The notes below the pieces were generated by a model. That model was not told the origin of the DNA and ran no database searches. It worked only from the letters and a program-made list of their open reading frames with translations. The translations under genes and the position numbers were made by a program. From the NCBI GenBank assembly GCA_951406725.2, contig OX597814.1:138756001-138820000 (forward strand): a stretch of 64,000 bases of DNA, read 5' to 3'. Position 1 is the first letter of the stretch, and every line of letters begins with the position of its first letter. Shown here piece after piece: positions 26,761-41,915 of the stretch. Source of the DNA: Octopus vulgaris. Its lineage: Eukaryota.

Positions 26761-27604
26761 TAAGTATGTGTGTGCATGTGTATGTGTGTAGGAGTTTAAG
26801 TATGCATGGGTAGGTAAAGTTGGATGTGTGTATGAATAGTTGTATTAGATCTTAGTCTTGTTTATTAAAGATTTTTTGCTATTTGTTTTTTTTTTATATT
26901 TCTGGTTCTTCGTTTTGAAGAGTAACATTCTTGAATACATTAATATCTATTGATAATTTCGACCACATCAACAGAATGAAAGCATAGTAGTAGCGTCTTA
27001 TATTAACCAGCGAAGGAACATGGAAATAATGCCGTAACTGATCAAATCGTCGCCACCGTATTGAAAATTACTTAACGGTTAATAACTGGTTATTTTTGTA
27101 GTTTGTTACACGTTCGGTGTGCAAGTATGCATATTGATTTTGGGTTAATATTTTGCTATGAAGGAAATTTCATACCTAATCTTCTAGTTTTGAGGATGGT
27201 AGTGTTATCAGCAAATGTTTTTCTAACCGATTTTGTTCGTTCTCGGTATAATAATGTGCTGCAAAAACTTCTTTTTACAAATCATGGTCAAACGATAGGA
27301 ACATAACATGCGTGGTAAGGCCGAGTAAGTCTTAAAGCGTTAATGGACTTTGGAACTTTATTGCTCCGAAATGAACATAAAGCAGTGATAAGGAAATATG
27401 AAAGATTTTCCATAAGCTTACATTCACTCGTTCACACATAAATATATATATATATACAAGCATACACACGCACACACACACACACACACACACATATTCA
27501 TATACGGTTATATAAACACATATTTAGGTATCTACAAATATGTATGCTTATATATATTCATATATTCATAAACAGACGTTTATGCGTTGGGGGAGGGGGA
27601 GTGT

Positions 27605-27662
<58 letters not shown>

Positions 27663-30600
27663 AACATTATGTTCGTGTGCATTGTTAGTCTACATCTGAG
27701 TATATAACAATTATTATTTAATCGAGCGCTCAAAGGTAATTGTTTAAATTCATTTCGGTGAAATTTCAGTACAGACTTTAAATACAGAATTTCTAATCAT
27801 TGGACAATGTTGATTACCATAATCACCAATTGAAATTACTGTATTGTAGACGTGTAGTATGACTACCGCAAGTTATCTAAATTATTGCTACAGGCAAAAA
27901 CTCCAGTTAAGAAACATTACCGCAAACGTTTTTTCAAATAGCTACGAAGAGGCATCTTAATTAAAGAACGCAATAAAATTTAATAAGTTTCTTATCTCTT
28001 GTAATTATGAATCTGATAGAATATCATTTTGTGTATTATCGCAAGCTCAATTTTGCAAGATCGGGCAAATAGATATAGAGTCAATATATGTCTTAAAGAC
28101 AAACTTATTTTATGTAACTATTAAGGGATCAAAGGGCAGAATGAACTTCAAAATTATCACTGATGAGTTTATATCAGGTCCGAAACCTGTAGGCACTCAT
28201 TCCACATACTTGCAGGAATAACATTAATTATATAAATTATGAAATGATATCCTTTTTTCTCACGATTTATTTATTTCTAGTAGTTAAATGTTCTCAACAT
28301 AAAATATATTAACACTAACGTAATTTTAAAACTGTTTTGTGATCCTTTAAGTAACATTACCCAAACAAGTTTACGGTATTTTTCTGTATGTGACATCTGT
28401 AACATTATAGCAGAAATAAGAAGTGTTTTTCTCTCTTAATATTCAGGTATAGTTGTTGTTACTTTTGATGTCATTTAACTCTATTTACCTCGATGTTTTG
28501 ATCAAAATATATGCAGTGAATCTAGGTCTATATATTCGCATATGCCCATAGTTTGTTAAGGTTGCAAGACATGATTTAAAGGAGATTTATCTCCTATTTC
28601 TTGCATTTCAAATGATGAAGTAAATATTTCTTGATATGCTCATCGGATTATAGTTTATTGATAGCAGCTTGTTACTATATGGAATAATCCGTTTTAGCTA
28701 ACTACTCTAAACATTCATCATCAATGTTCTTTGAATCACCAGTGTTTCACTGTTGAGGGCTGACATCTTTATGTAGGGAATGATAGAGTTGTACATCGTA
28801 TATGTTCTGTCAGCACTTCATGCACCAGAAAGAAATTCTCTCCTTGAGATCTGTGTATTTACAGTGAAGTGTATTCGGCCGTTGAGAGTTTAACGTTTTT
28901 TGTTTCAAAGTGAGGCTACAGTTGGCTACAGTTGGCAAACTGCTGATAAGTATAGAATAAATGAGGAAGGATTACTCAGTAGTGCCTGCTGCATGAAAAC
29001 CAAACAATAAACCCTGTATTAATATGCTTGATGTAATCAATCACTCAATTTTAATTTATGTTAAACCCGTAGTTGTGAGGATAATCATTAGTATAATGAT
29101 AATTCTGATAAGACAGAGAAGACAACTCTGAAATTATTATATAAATACATCGCAAGCAGAGGCAGAAGTGAGTCGGTAAAGTCTGTAGTCGGGCTGAACT
29201 CTTTTGGCACAACTATCTGCAGCTCATATGAACATTACTGTTTCGAGCCCTAAGTCTCGTTACCCGGTTTCCATGGCGTGTAAATAACTGAGATCACAAA
29301 CTTCCCTCATGGATAGAACAGCAATCCGTCGTAGAGTTATATATTTATACCTGAATGGATAGGAGCAACATGAAATGTTTTGCTGAAGAACACCACGCAC
29401 AGCCTCATACGTGCAGGAACGAATTTGTTTAAAGACTGTAAGCTCAGGTTCAATATTTTTTACAAAGAAGGTGGATTTTTTCAATCTTAGTATGAAATAC
29501 AGGTATAATAGTAATTGTTGTTACATTTATACATCGGTTAAATCAGATAAATCTAATAAATGGAAATGTAATGTTGTAAATCAGTCCAAAAATGTTCCTA
29601 CGCTGGTTCGTTTTGACGATGAAATTTTTAGTAGGTGCACTGTTCTCGAGCCTCTGCACAGACTGGTCCTGGAATCAAACCCTCAATTTTGCGTGCTGTA
29701 TACTAACCGCTAGGCCATGCACCTTCACACAGCAGCTCGTAACACTGCTTAAAATAATCTACTTATTGCTATCTCAAGCAATCTTCCCTACAGAATATAA
29801 TTCTAGCTCTCTCATTCTTATCTCTATGAATACCAACAAAAATTCAAGGTTCTTATCCACTCACAAACAGCTACAATGACGTCGTAACAAAATCTCGATC
29901 TGATAAAAATATATCGAAATACAATCTATATCGGAAATATTTGCTTTGTGTAACCTATATCCGTAACCTTTCAACTAGTGTGGGTATTGATTCTAAAGTT
30001 TGGTCTCTGATATTTTAAAGGATTAACTCCATATCAAATCAATCATGATAATCTGATATATTTTTGCTTCCCAAAACATCTTCGGAGGATTTTATTTTCT
30101 GATTTTTCTTTTTCTGCTTCGCATTCGGTTGCTATTTTAAGTGCTACAATTCCTTATTTCTTTTTTTCCTTTTTCTTTCAATGATAAAACTGAAGCTATT
30201 TAGCTTAGCATAATAACAAGATAGTTCTTTGTTTTACCATTGACCTAAGAATACCGTTCACCTGCCTCATTTATTATTATTTTCTCACAATAAACTTTTG
30301 TAATTGATAGTGGATATAGTGGACCGAATTAAAATTTATGTGTATAGTATCTTACTGTTTATGTCGACGATCTAAGAGGTAGTTCGCAGTGATAGAATAA
30401 ATCGGTTGTTTATATTAGTTATGGTAGAGCTTCTTAATCATCTTATCGGGTTTGTTTAACTAACAAAAAATTTCAAAAATTTCTATGAATGCTCTGTTTG
30501 CTTTAAATTTGGTTTCGTTTATCGGTCAAACTTCATTAGCTTTCTTCAAAATAGAAACGCTCGTTTTCTCGAAGCTGGCCACCTTTATTATCTGCTGTTG

Positions 30601-31059
30601 TTGGATATTTTCATACAACACACACAAAAAAAAGGTTGTAAGCATTGTCAAAATCACCACTAATATTCATTTCTTATCATTGTATACAGGCATAAATCAA
30701 TCGACCAAAAACTAAAGATATATGCTATTTTGTCAAATATTTTGAAAATAAACATTGGGTTTGAACCACTCATCATAACTCTATGTCGTGTATATTTTCT
30801 GTAAATATGCAGACGTGGTTGTGTGATAACAAGTTTTCTTCCCAAACACATGGTTCCGAGCTCAGTCACACTGTGGGACGCCTTAGGTAAGTGTTTTCTA
30901 CTGAATTAAGCCTGTCGTGTATGTATGTATGTATTTATATATGTATATATATATATATACAATAATATGTTACATTACTCAATAGTCAAGATAAAACTCT
31001 GAGTTTCAGATGCCGAAGTGGGAATCCACGACATCTCTTCGGTTATCTGGCTATTTGAA

Positions 31060-31128
<69 letters not shown>

Positions 31129-31274
31129 TGCAGGAGAGGTTGTGTGATAAGAAGCTTACTTCCCAACGACAAAGTTTCGGATTCATTCCCACTGTGTGGG
31201 GCTAACACCCTTTAATGCAGTGTTCCAGTATGGGTGCAGTCAAATGAGTGAAATATGTAAAAGAATAAAAATTA

Positions 31275-31313
<39 letters not shown>

Positions 31314-31326
31314 GCATATATGTGTG

Positions 31327-31386
<60 letters not shown>

Positions 31387-32907
31387 GGAGTGTTTGTTCA
31401 CGACCACCACTTGAAAACTAATATTCTTCATTTGGTACCGCAGCATTGCACTTTTTAATTACTGAGACAAGTCAAAGACATCCTACTTTGGAAGAGATAA
31501 GGATGTATGAAATGGAGTGCCACCGTAGTTCTTCCAACTCCTAAATACTTTATGAACTCTGGAGTATCTTAAGCGGCAGCATTCTTCATTCTGCACATTC
31601 GAAGATACATATTCTAAGAAGCATTCTTTTCTGTACATAAATTACCTAAATGACGTACTCGTTGTTACACCTCTCTATACAATAACACACATCAATCTTC
31701 CTTAAGAACACATATACATAAGTATTTCACTAGTAACTTAAGCACTTCACTCTAAAATCAAGATTACTTCCATACAGAGAGATATTGGATACATTCTTCA
31801 ACGCACTCATGATTCTATATTTATTAAGACTTAATAAGAAAGACAAAAATAGAATTGTTTACAAACTAGTGATTTACATGTGAATAATGAGAACGGGGAT
31901 TAACAAATATTATATTATTACTGAATAAAATATAATTGATTGTTTCTGTTTTGAAATAAGATGGTTGTGTTTATTTTGCTAGATGGATGTGGATTGTTAA
32001 GTTATCTGTATAAGTTTCATGAAAACTTTAGGGATGTTTATTTTCTTTTAAGTGAGTTTATCTTAAGAATAATTTTTAAAAGGGATTGTGAGTAGAGTTT
32101 TATTCAGTAATATTTTGTTCTACCAGATATTTTTTGACAACCTCCAGAGGAAACAAAGATTTACGTAGAAAGCTAAGACAAAAACATTTATCATAGAATT
32201 TGATCGTTACATGCGTAAACATGTCTCAAAACTTTAAAATCCGTGTATTACTTTTGAGATAGAATCAGTAAGTCCACAATTCTGTGTATGCGTGTTTTTC
32301 CCCCCTCTCTCTCTCTTTCACTCAAAACTAGTTTCATGGCTATCCGTTCCTCCACGAATTCAGACAAAATAGTAACATGGTTTAAATGAAAACTAATAAA
32401 AATTATAAGTTTGAGATTTGTTTCCCAATAAAAGTTTAGATAGGGCTGGCACTATACCTTAAACAAAATAGGAGCACATGTCTGGGAGCATCACACAAAA
32501 ACTCTGAAGAACTTAGACAAAATTTCTTAATCCTGCTAAAAACACGAAAACTCGGTAAATACAGAGGACACATATGGGTATTCCCAGAACTGAGGAATAT
32601 TGAGGACAGGGATGGAGTGTGGCGGTTTAGGTGAGGGACATAAATGCAGAATATATATGCAAATATTAACTTCTACAAAGGAATATTTCTCAATGACATC
32701 AAAGTTTCGGATTTCTTGTGGCCATCAATCTTATGACAGCGAACAAGCCAAAACTTCGAAGTCGCTACCTTTACTTTGTAAAAGTAAATAAATATGGAAT
32801 CTTCTAAGATGTATTGAGTAATTCTTCATTTTAATATGAAATTGTGTTCATATATAACTTTACATACAAAGAAACATTAATATATATGTGTGTGTGTGCG
32901 TGTTTAT

Positions 32908-32977
<70 letters not shown>

Positions 32978-34416
32978 ATACAAGCCCATATGTGGTTATA
33001 TTATGTTTGAAGGGCCTGGTATTTTGCCAATCTACTTATTTCAATCTGCAACGAAAAGCTGTTCCAGTCATAAAATTGTTGCCATATTTAAACTTAGAAA
33101 GTAAATACAAAAATCCATTTCCTAAGTTGGTTTCATGCCATTACTGTCAATGTCACACTGCCACAATGACGTCATCGCACTCTGGTACACTCTTTTTATA
33201 GCGATTCGTGTCAGCATTGCATGTGTGTGTTTGTATGTTGAAATGTCTGACACATGTGTAAATACATTTATGTACACGTGTATGTGCTGGAATACATTTT
33301 ATTTATACAGATTATAAGAAGTCATATTGAGATTTAATTGATATCCGAAAACAAAAATCAGTTTGATACATTTGAAATCCATTGAGTTCGTGTGTTTCTA
33401 TTTCTAATACATTCGTTTTTCTTTCGTAACTTGAACACGTGATCTGAATAGTGACATGACGTCACTTTTTATTGAAAGATTGATATGTATGAAACAAGAC
33501 ATTGTTTCTTCATATAATACTAGATTTAATGTAATGATCGAAAGAGATAGTGGATAGATAGAGAATATATGGAATAATGCCGGTATGGGAGCGGGAGGTT
33601 CATTTTTCAGCAAGATTAATCAATGCATGTGTTTAATACAGTAGATGTATTTATTTATAGAAAACGGCCCAACAGAGGGCTCAATCATTTAATCTGTGGC
33701 TTACACTACAATGTTGAAAATTACTTTAATCTCCATACGCACAAAACGTTATCCCCACCAAATATTGTTCCCGCATGATGTATTTCGCCATAATATCTTA
33801 TTCTTTCTGCGTATACCTATCATATACTTTCTTTCAAACTATCGTGGAGTTTGAAGGGAATTATAGATGTCTCGCATCCTTTGCACTATTTACTCTATTT
33901 GCTAGAAAAATCCTCAATTCACTACTCCCTATCAAACAAACACCTATTTACTGCCAATATTTTTCCATTCCTTCATCCTTTCGTCTTGATGATGATCATT
34001 TGCACGAAATATCGATCTCCTTCTTCGTCCAAAATGACTACTATATTAATTTTGCAAGTTTTCCATTGTGTCATTTTGTATTACTCGATCCTAACTCCAT
34101 ATGATTTAACTAGATATCATTACTGCACACGAGATTCTCGACTTAAGCGCAACTAATTAATTAGGTGTAATTAATTACAACACGATAGTATTAGTGGTAG
34201 CTGTCAAAATAGCGACACAAAGTAAAGTTGATCAGTATGTTGTTAGCGTGTAATTTGAAGATCAAATGCTATTTCGTATTGCCTGGACAGGATGGTATAT
34301 GCCGAGTCTTCATTTGTATACTCTAAATAAGTAGATGATACCGGTTGTAGACATGCTTCAGTGATGTATTTATTAATACGATATCTCTCTCCACACACAC
34401 ATACACACATATGTAA

Positions 34417-34725
34417 GAGAAACTGTGCACAGTTGTGGAAATTAGCTGCCCAGTGGATGTTAACATAAAGCTGAAGATCAGTAAAAAAGAGAACACCTAT
34501 GCTGATCTATTGAGAGATTTGCAGTTACTCTATCCGGATTACAAGTTCAGGTTTATATCTGTAATTATTGGGGCCCTGGGATGTGTGGCACACTGCCTAA
34601 ATCTCAATCTTGAGAAACTAGGATTCTCAGAACCAGAAAAGAGAAAGCTAATTCGAAGACTACAGATCTAATCCATCACTGGAACTGTAAAAATCTGTAC
34701 AAATTTCCAGAAGTTTATCATTTAG
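34417..34725 (+). mobile_element. 3' fragment of a second restriction-like-endonuclease non-LTR retrotransposon
   Basis: EKLCTVVEISCPVD..KENTY..VIIGALG..LQI*SITGTVKIC, the RLE C-terminus with a premature stop. Confidence 0.75.
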
Positions 34726-35237
34726 ATATATATGAGCATGTCTAGATATGCAACTATATGCATGAGAATACATACATAAAACATACAAATCTGCACTTAT
34801 ATATATGTAGTGGTCGAGGTAGCTGAGTAATTGAATGATCTTCCTTGCACGAAAGATTACAGAGTAACCTCCATTTTCTAAGTTCCTCGAAGGATCTGTG
34901 TTATGAGACTGGAAGTTTCAAGAATGTCTAGCGTTCCATTAATAAAAACAGCTTGCTAAGCCAGCTGTTCACTTCTTAGTCGATTAGACTTAGAGCCATT
35001 CACGTCATTGCTATATCCGTCTATTTCTCTACGCCACATGACTGAAAACCACCACTTAGCTGTTATTTCTACATTTTCTATCTCTGAAATTTCTTGCATA
35101 GAGTACTTCATGCAACTAGATTCTACATTTTGATTCTATGTATTATCATCCACTAGTAAATAAAATATATTTTTATGTAGTAAATACATAGATATTGAAT
35201 TTATTATTCAGGGATACACGTTTTTATTAACCTCTAT

Positions 35238-35613
35238 CGACAATTTCTGCGACCACATCACCCTAACATCTGGTCACCTAACACCCCAGACTGCAACCTC
35301 ATTGATTATTATATGTGGGGCGCAGTTGAGCGAGAGGTCAACAAAGCTCATTGTAATACCAAAGACGTATGAAGGCAAACATGATGGCAGCATTCACCAA
35401 CTTAAAAAGGAGATCGCCTAGAACAGTTGCAGGAGATTCCGAAGTCCTATAGAGGCCATAGTTGAAGCCAATAGCGATTTTATTGAACAAATTTACTCTT
35501 TGGTATTTCAAGATATTTTTATGTAACTTTGGTAAATGTATCTGTTGAAATGAGATGTCGGGGTCATTCTCAGTTTTGCGTAATTTCGACGACAATTTAT
35601 TCACCGCACCCTG
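35238..35613 (+). mobile_element. 3' fragment of Tc1/mariner (maT/DD37D-like) transposon
   Basis: NIWSPNTPDCNLIDYYMWGAVE (cf. WPPxSPDxNPLDY), RFRSPIEAIVEANSDFIE, terminal ..CACCCTG followed by TA. Confidence 0.8.
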
Positions 35614-35737
35614 TATGTATGGCAGACAAACATACAAATAGACAGACAGACAGAGATACTGACAGAGAGAGACAGACAGACAGTCAGACAGCGGGGAGAG
35701 AGAGAAAGAGAGAAAAAGACAGACAGATAGATAGAAT

Positions 35738-35787
<50 letters not shown>

Positions 35788-37185
35788 CAGACAAACAGAC
35801 AGACATACGTACATATATACATTCATACATATATACACACATACATATATACTCACATACACATACATGTACACATACATATGTTCTCGTGTTTGTTTAT
35901 ATCCATAGACTTAAAAGTGTGTATGTGTATGTATGCTTGTATGTGCGTATGTTTTTGGATATTTGTAAGACATGCTTAAATCTTTGTACGTTATCGTGAC
36001 TTGTATCGAAGATTGCTTACATACAGATGACAGTACCGGTGTGGCCTTAAGAATAAGAAACGCGTGTTTAATATTAAGTCTACAGTACAGACTGAACTAA
36101 AGATTTTACCAAAGTATTTTGTTGAGAAACATATTTTTCTTTATTTGTTTGAAGTAGTATTGTAACAGTGAGACAGCAGCAGACAGAAAGCAATTATGTA
36201 TATCTGACCATTTCGAGTTTTCTGTCTACTTACTTTACTCTCCGTCTTGAAAGTGACACATGGAACGAAATAAGAAAATAAGTACGAGATATCGCTATTA
36301 TTAAAGTACAATAATTTTAAAATGTGAGCTAAGAGAAAATAATTTAAGCTCACATAAGACATGAATTCAGATGATTCAGGTAAGTAATGATGTGCTGAAT
36401 GGCAAACTTTAATGAATTATCTCCGGAATCGTTTAATGATATTATGAGATATGAGATGTTAACTATTCAATTGTCGCTTTAGAGTATCCGATCATTTTCA
36501 CTATTTCATCTGACGCAGATGAGCAGTAACAAAGATATTGCTATTTTCAACGGATATAATTTTTTTTTTTTTGTGGGTGAGAGAATAGTACAGTGCAATG
36601 ACTATTTTCAGAGAGTCCGAGACTGGAAGAAGGTAGGAGGGAAGAAAGTTATCCGCAAATTGAAAACAGAACTAGAATGGTTGGGACAAAATGGACACCA
36701 CCGAAAATCCAGATGGAGATGATAAACCGAACAAAAGACTGAGTCTAGCACCCAAAACAGGAATGATCTCAATAGACGACGTTCACAGTCTCAGTCGAAT
36801 AAATTTCACATAATAAGGATACTATAAAGGTCCCGCCTATTATAATGTCATATTGTATTTGTGAGATTGATGGAGGTTTATGAACGTTTGCCAGACCCTC
36901 TGAGTTGAAAGCACGATTAACTATAGAGTTGTAGGTTACAGATCTTGTAAGGAAAGAGCATTACTTAATTATATGTATCTAGGTGTACAGCAAAAATAAT
37001 ACAGGAGAATGAAACACTGTCACATTTTTATATTGAATGCAAATAAGCATATTAGAGGAATTTTACAAACAGGTAAAACCAAAGAGTTGGATTGAATTAC
37101 TTATCTGAAGTTACATAATATGTATATACAATTTCTATAGGTACATCCATTATATAATTGCAATGCATCCAGATCTTTCTATAAG

Positions 37186-37232
<47 letters not shown>

Positions 37233-37249
37233 TGTCTGTGTGTGTGTGT

Positions 37250-37520
37250 ATTCTCTCTGCAATTTGATCTGCATTGGGTAAAACCGACCACCGTCTGTCC
37301 AGTACTTTTGCAAGGTTCCTCAAAAACATCCAAGTTGAAGAGGTATCACCTGTCTCTCGAGAGTGAGTTCCGCTCCGCAGATCATTCCACCCAATCTCCC
37401 ACTGTGTTCGGCTTGGTTTTCTACACTGTGTCCCCACTGCTTTTCTTCAGAAGGATGAGAAGTTAATCTCTCTCCAAAAATACACCCTCTTTGATATAAA
37501 TTCACCATCTCCTTTTTACT
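37250..37520 (+). mobile_element. Penelope-like element GIY-YIG endonuclease remnant
   Basis: Frameshifted SLCNLICIG*/TDHRLSSTFARFLKNI..PVSR/FRSADHS..VFGL resembles CxxC..YIGxTxRRLxxRFxEH..PVxxHF..H; followed by pyrimidine-rich 3' sequence. Confidence 0.6.
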
Positions 37521-39604
37521 TGTACTCCCCTCAACCTGCTCCAACAATTTACCTTGATTCTCCAGCCTTTCTCTATACTGCCTGCCTGCAACTTCAACTC
37601 ATACTATTCCCACCCTCTCACCCATATCTCACCTTTCACCACCCCCACTCTTACATACACCCTAAACATAAAAGAAGTTTCACACATACATACATGTACA
37701 CTCACTCAACTCTTCGGCACTCCAGTTTTGTCTGAGACTTTTAAATCACCCTTGCCTCCGACTCTTCCGCATTTCACCTCTAATTGACTGCTACTCATTC
37801 TTTTACTTGCCATCAACACGAAGAAATAACCATATTACTTTTCCCTCAACTTCTCTCCTCTACTATTCAGCCTTCTTTAAAAAAACTCTAATTTTGCTCT
37901 TTCTACTATTTCCTTTTTACGCATCGTGCGCATAAAATGTTTTTCACCTGTTCACCACAGACATTTTTTCTTTGCATTTTACCCGTCTCTTTATGGCAGT
38001 TATCTCCTCTGTTCGAAGATTTTACCAGTTTCTTACTATCTTCTAGACGCTCTACGAAACTCTCCGGACCTTTTTATCATTCTTGTGTAATTTTTATCAA
38101 TTTCTTCCGCTTGTCTGCTCTTTCCAAAATTCATACTATTTTCGCTCCTTTTCAAATTTTACTTTCAACCATCGCTCTTTGTTAACAAAAACTTGTTCAC
38201 ATCTCTACGTACTTATGTTATGCATTTGTACATACATCAGTAACATCTTTCATATTGATCTTGCCGTCTCATGTTCTTTAATAATATCTCTATTCCATCG
38301 CACTCGCACCCACTTTTATTTCCTCACATATACACGCTCTCATACCACCAACAAAACTATTATATACACACACTCTAACAAACAAACACCAATATACTTC
38401 CACATTTGCACACCTCTATACACAAACATGCACCAGACTAATACACACGCATCACTTTGTTATTCTTGCTCTTAGATACAACTGCACTCTGACATCTACA
38501 CACTCATCCTTTGGCCCTTTCGAAACCCACCATAGAATAGTATTGGTACCTGGTTCTGATCCTTTGCCTGTTCTAACCCTTGTTTCAGTGGTTAATTCTC
38601 TTTTGCATTCATTCTTTACTTCTTTCTTTTGCTAAAGTACTAATGTCCGAATTGTTAAGACATATTCTCTTACAATTTAAGTTTTAAGTTAATACCATAT
38701 TTGCCAAACATTTTTTTATTTGTTGTCTAGTCTTTTTTATCATTCATTGTATTTATACTATATACACATATATATGTATGTGTACGCATGTGAGTGTGTG
38801 TGTATTCATACACATGCATCAGGTAATAGATAGTGCCCATGGTCTTGAGAATAATGAATGCTAATCCGTTATACACGTGACGGATCAGAATTCTATAGCT
38901 GAAGTCAAATGTGATAGTGTAAAAAACAGAGTCTCAGTTTGATTTTACAAGTGAGAGATCAAAACCATACCAAAAAACTGGAGTGTATTGTATATTCAAA
39001 GCACAGATGAATTAATTTAACCGATTAAACGTTAACTTGATGTATAATTAACATAACCACGAACAGAGTTACAACATTGTCATATTGTTTCGTTTTATTT
39101 CCCTAGGTGGTAGTAAAAGAATATCCTATACTACATTAGTCTTTTCTTGAAATAAATAACAAAATAAAAGTCTTTAGCTAACCGTGATTCACAGATTTTT
39201 CCGTGCATTGACGCTGATTGTTTGAGCACAAAAGAATAGGAAGTAGACGGTTAGCTACGAACACGCAAAAGAAATGAAAAAACTTGGTAAGGTTTCCTTT
39301 AAAAAAGTCATATATATATTTTTTTATATATAGTTTATATAGTTGGTGTAGTTGGATTTGGTCTCTTCTGATCATGGGTGACTTAATGTCTATTGTTTTA
39401 TTATTCTGAAGAAAAGTTGAAAGAAAGAATTGATTGCTGACCTGTAACTTACCGACGTACGTTAGCTGAAAAAAAAAAACGAAGTTATAACATATTAACA
39501 CATGCATATTCGCACAGCACATACATAGATGTTTGTATATACACACACGCGCGCACACACACACACACATATGTATAAATATATATATATAAAAATATAA
39601 ATAA

Positions 39605-39651
<47 letters not shown>

Positions 39652-39771
39652 CAGACAGACAGACAGAGAGGGAGAGAGAGACGGGGAGAGACAGAGAGAG
39701 AAAAAGACAGACAAACAGACAAGCAGACAGACAAACGGACAGAGAGGCAAACGGACAGGCATACATACAGA

Positions 39772-39876
<105 letters not shown>

Positions 39877-39952
39877 GTGTGTGCCGTACCTTGATATGAG
39901 ACAACTCAGAGTATAAAAATTGCTTCATTATAGAATGATTATAACCATTAAA

Positions 39953-39983
<31 letters not shown>

Positions 39984-40920
39984 CACTCACACAAACACAC
40001 ATACACACACACAAACTATTGTATTCAATTGTGTTTTAAAAATTATGTTTTAAAAATACTTTACCTTATATTACTATCACTTAATAATAGTATTAAAACA
40101 GTTACGTTTTCAACTATAACAGAATGATTTAAACACGCATACACGCACAGACATAGTTTTGTACATTGTGAGTCATGCTTTCAATAAAACACACGCAAAT
40201 TCCTTTTATATTTCAGTTAACTAATGAATTAATTATTAAATTAATCAAATAATTAATTGATGTGTCAAAGTCCTTTTGTCGAGTGCAGTGAATTTGCCGG
40301 TGACATATCTCTCTTCCTATTACTCCGCGCTGGCATTCTTTCACTCTGTGATCCCAGTTACTCTCTCAAAATGGTAATAATGAGTATCTCCGTACATGGA
40401 ATTTACATCACATCGTCTATGTTTGTATGTGTGTGTATATATGTGTGTACGAGTGTGCGTGAGTGTGTGAGTGTGTATGTGTGTGTGAATTGGTGTGCGT
40501 GTGTGTGTGTGTAATTTTCACTCTGTACTACGTGTGCTACTTGTATAGATAATCACACATAACAACATCACTCTAATTGAAATTACACGTACGGTACTCA
40601 CGCATACACTTGGAGGTTTAACTTTATACTTATTTACCTATTATAAAGTACCTCGATGCGAAGAGTGAGTGTATACTGTTTCAATGTAAGCGCATGAAAA
40701 ACTCTTTACGAAGCAAAAGAGTTTGACAAAGAGACTTTGACAAATTAATTGACAAGATAATTAATTAATTAATTAATTAAGCACTGATAGAGGGGAAGTG
40801 AAGTACAAATCGTGGGTGTGTTCGCTTAATTGCCCGTGTAACCCTACCAATGTATGACGATATCTGTTTCAAAATATTCCTCATCAAGAATCCTGCCAAT
40901 TGCGTACAAAAATAATATAT

Positions 40921-41081
40921 ACATGCATACATATACATACATACATACATATATGCATACATACATACATACATACATACATACATACATACATACATAC
41001 ATACATACATGCATACATACATACATACATACATACATACACACATGCATGCATGCATACATACATACATACATACATACA

Positions 41082-41113
<32 letters not shown>

Positions 41114-41120
41114 CATACAC
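40921..41120. repeat. (CATA)n microsatellite
   Basis: Directly visible. Confidence 0.95.
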
Positions 41121-41915
41121 ACTCACTTGAGGACCGAAACCTCTGGAAAGGACTTGACCATATGACTGTAAGCCGGGTAATTTTGGCAGAGCAATTTGCT
41201 TTCCAGTTTGAATGTGGCTCCATGTTATAAAAGCTATCTCTTTGGAATCATGACAATAGCGTTGATGGTATTGTTGACATAATTATACTGTCGACGAAAA
41301 TCAAAGTAAATGGGGGTAAAAAGGTAAAGAAAGGATAAAAGTTATAATGAGGAGGAGGGAAGGAAGTGGAGAAGTTGGAGGAAGAGGAGGAGGAGGAGGA
41401 GGAGCTGGTGCAGCAGCAGCAGGAAAATTATGTGAAGGTAGAAGGGGATAAGGAATTGGTGGTAGATTATTAAGATATAATTAAGAGTAATTGATATGTC
41501 GGCATGTGTGACTGAGCTGCGAGCCAAACATTTAATAAGAGAATATCTACGAACATCACAATTCTGATGTTCATGCTTATGATGATGATGACGGCGACGA
41601 TTATTATTATTATTATTATTGTTATTGTTATTATTATTATTATTGTTGTTGTTGTTGTTGTTGTTGTTGTTATTATTATTAATTAAGTACCAGTGAAATA
41701 CCGGGCTCGATGTAATCGACTTATCACTTCCCCCCAAATGGCTGCTCTTGTGGCAAAATATGAAGCTATGAGACATCGCACAGTATACAATATCTCATGA
41801 GGTTGTTGACTGAAGATACTGTGTCTGCCGAGGGTTTGTAATGATTATCAAGTCACAACAAGGACCTCTGACAGACAATACTTTACGCAATATGCATGCA
41901 GTTCCAAGTATCCTT

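Noticed and set aside
41770-41912. Minus-strand LGTACILRKVLS resembling an RLE element C-terminus
   Set aside because: Only about 12 codons; plausible but too short to list as a feature.
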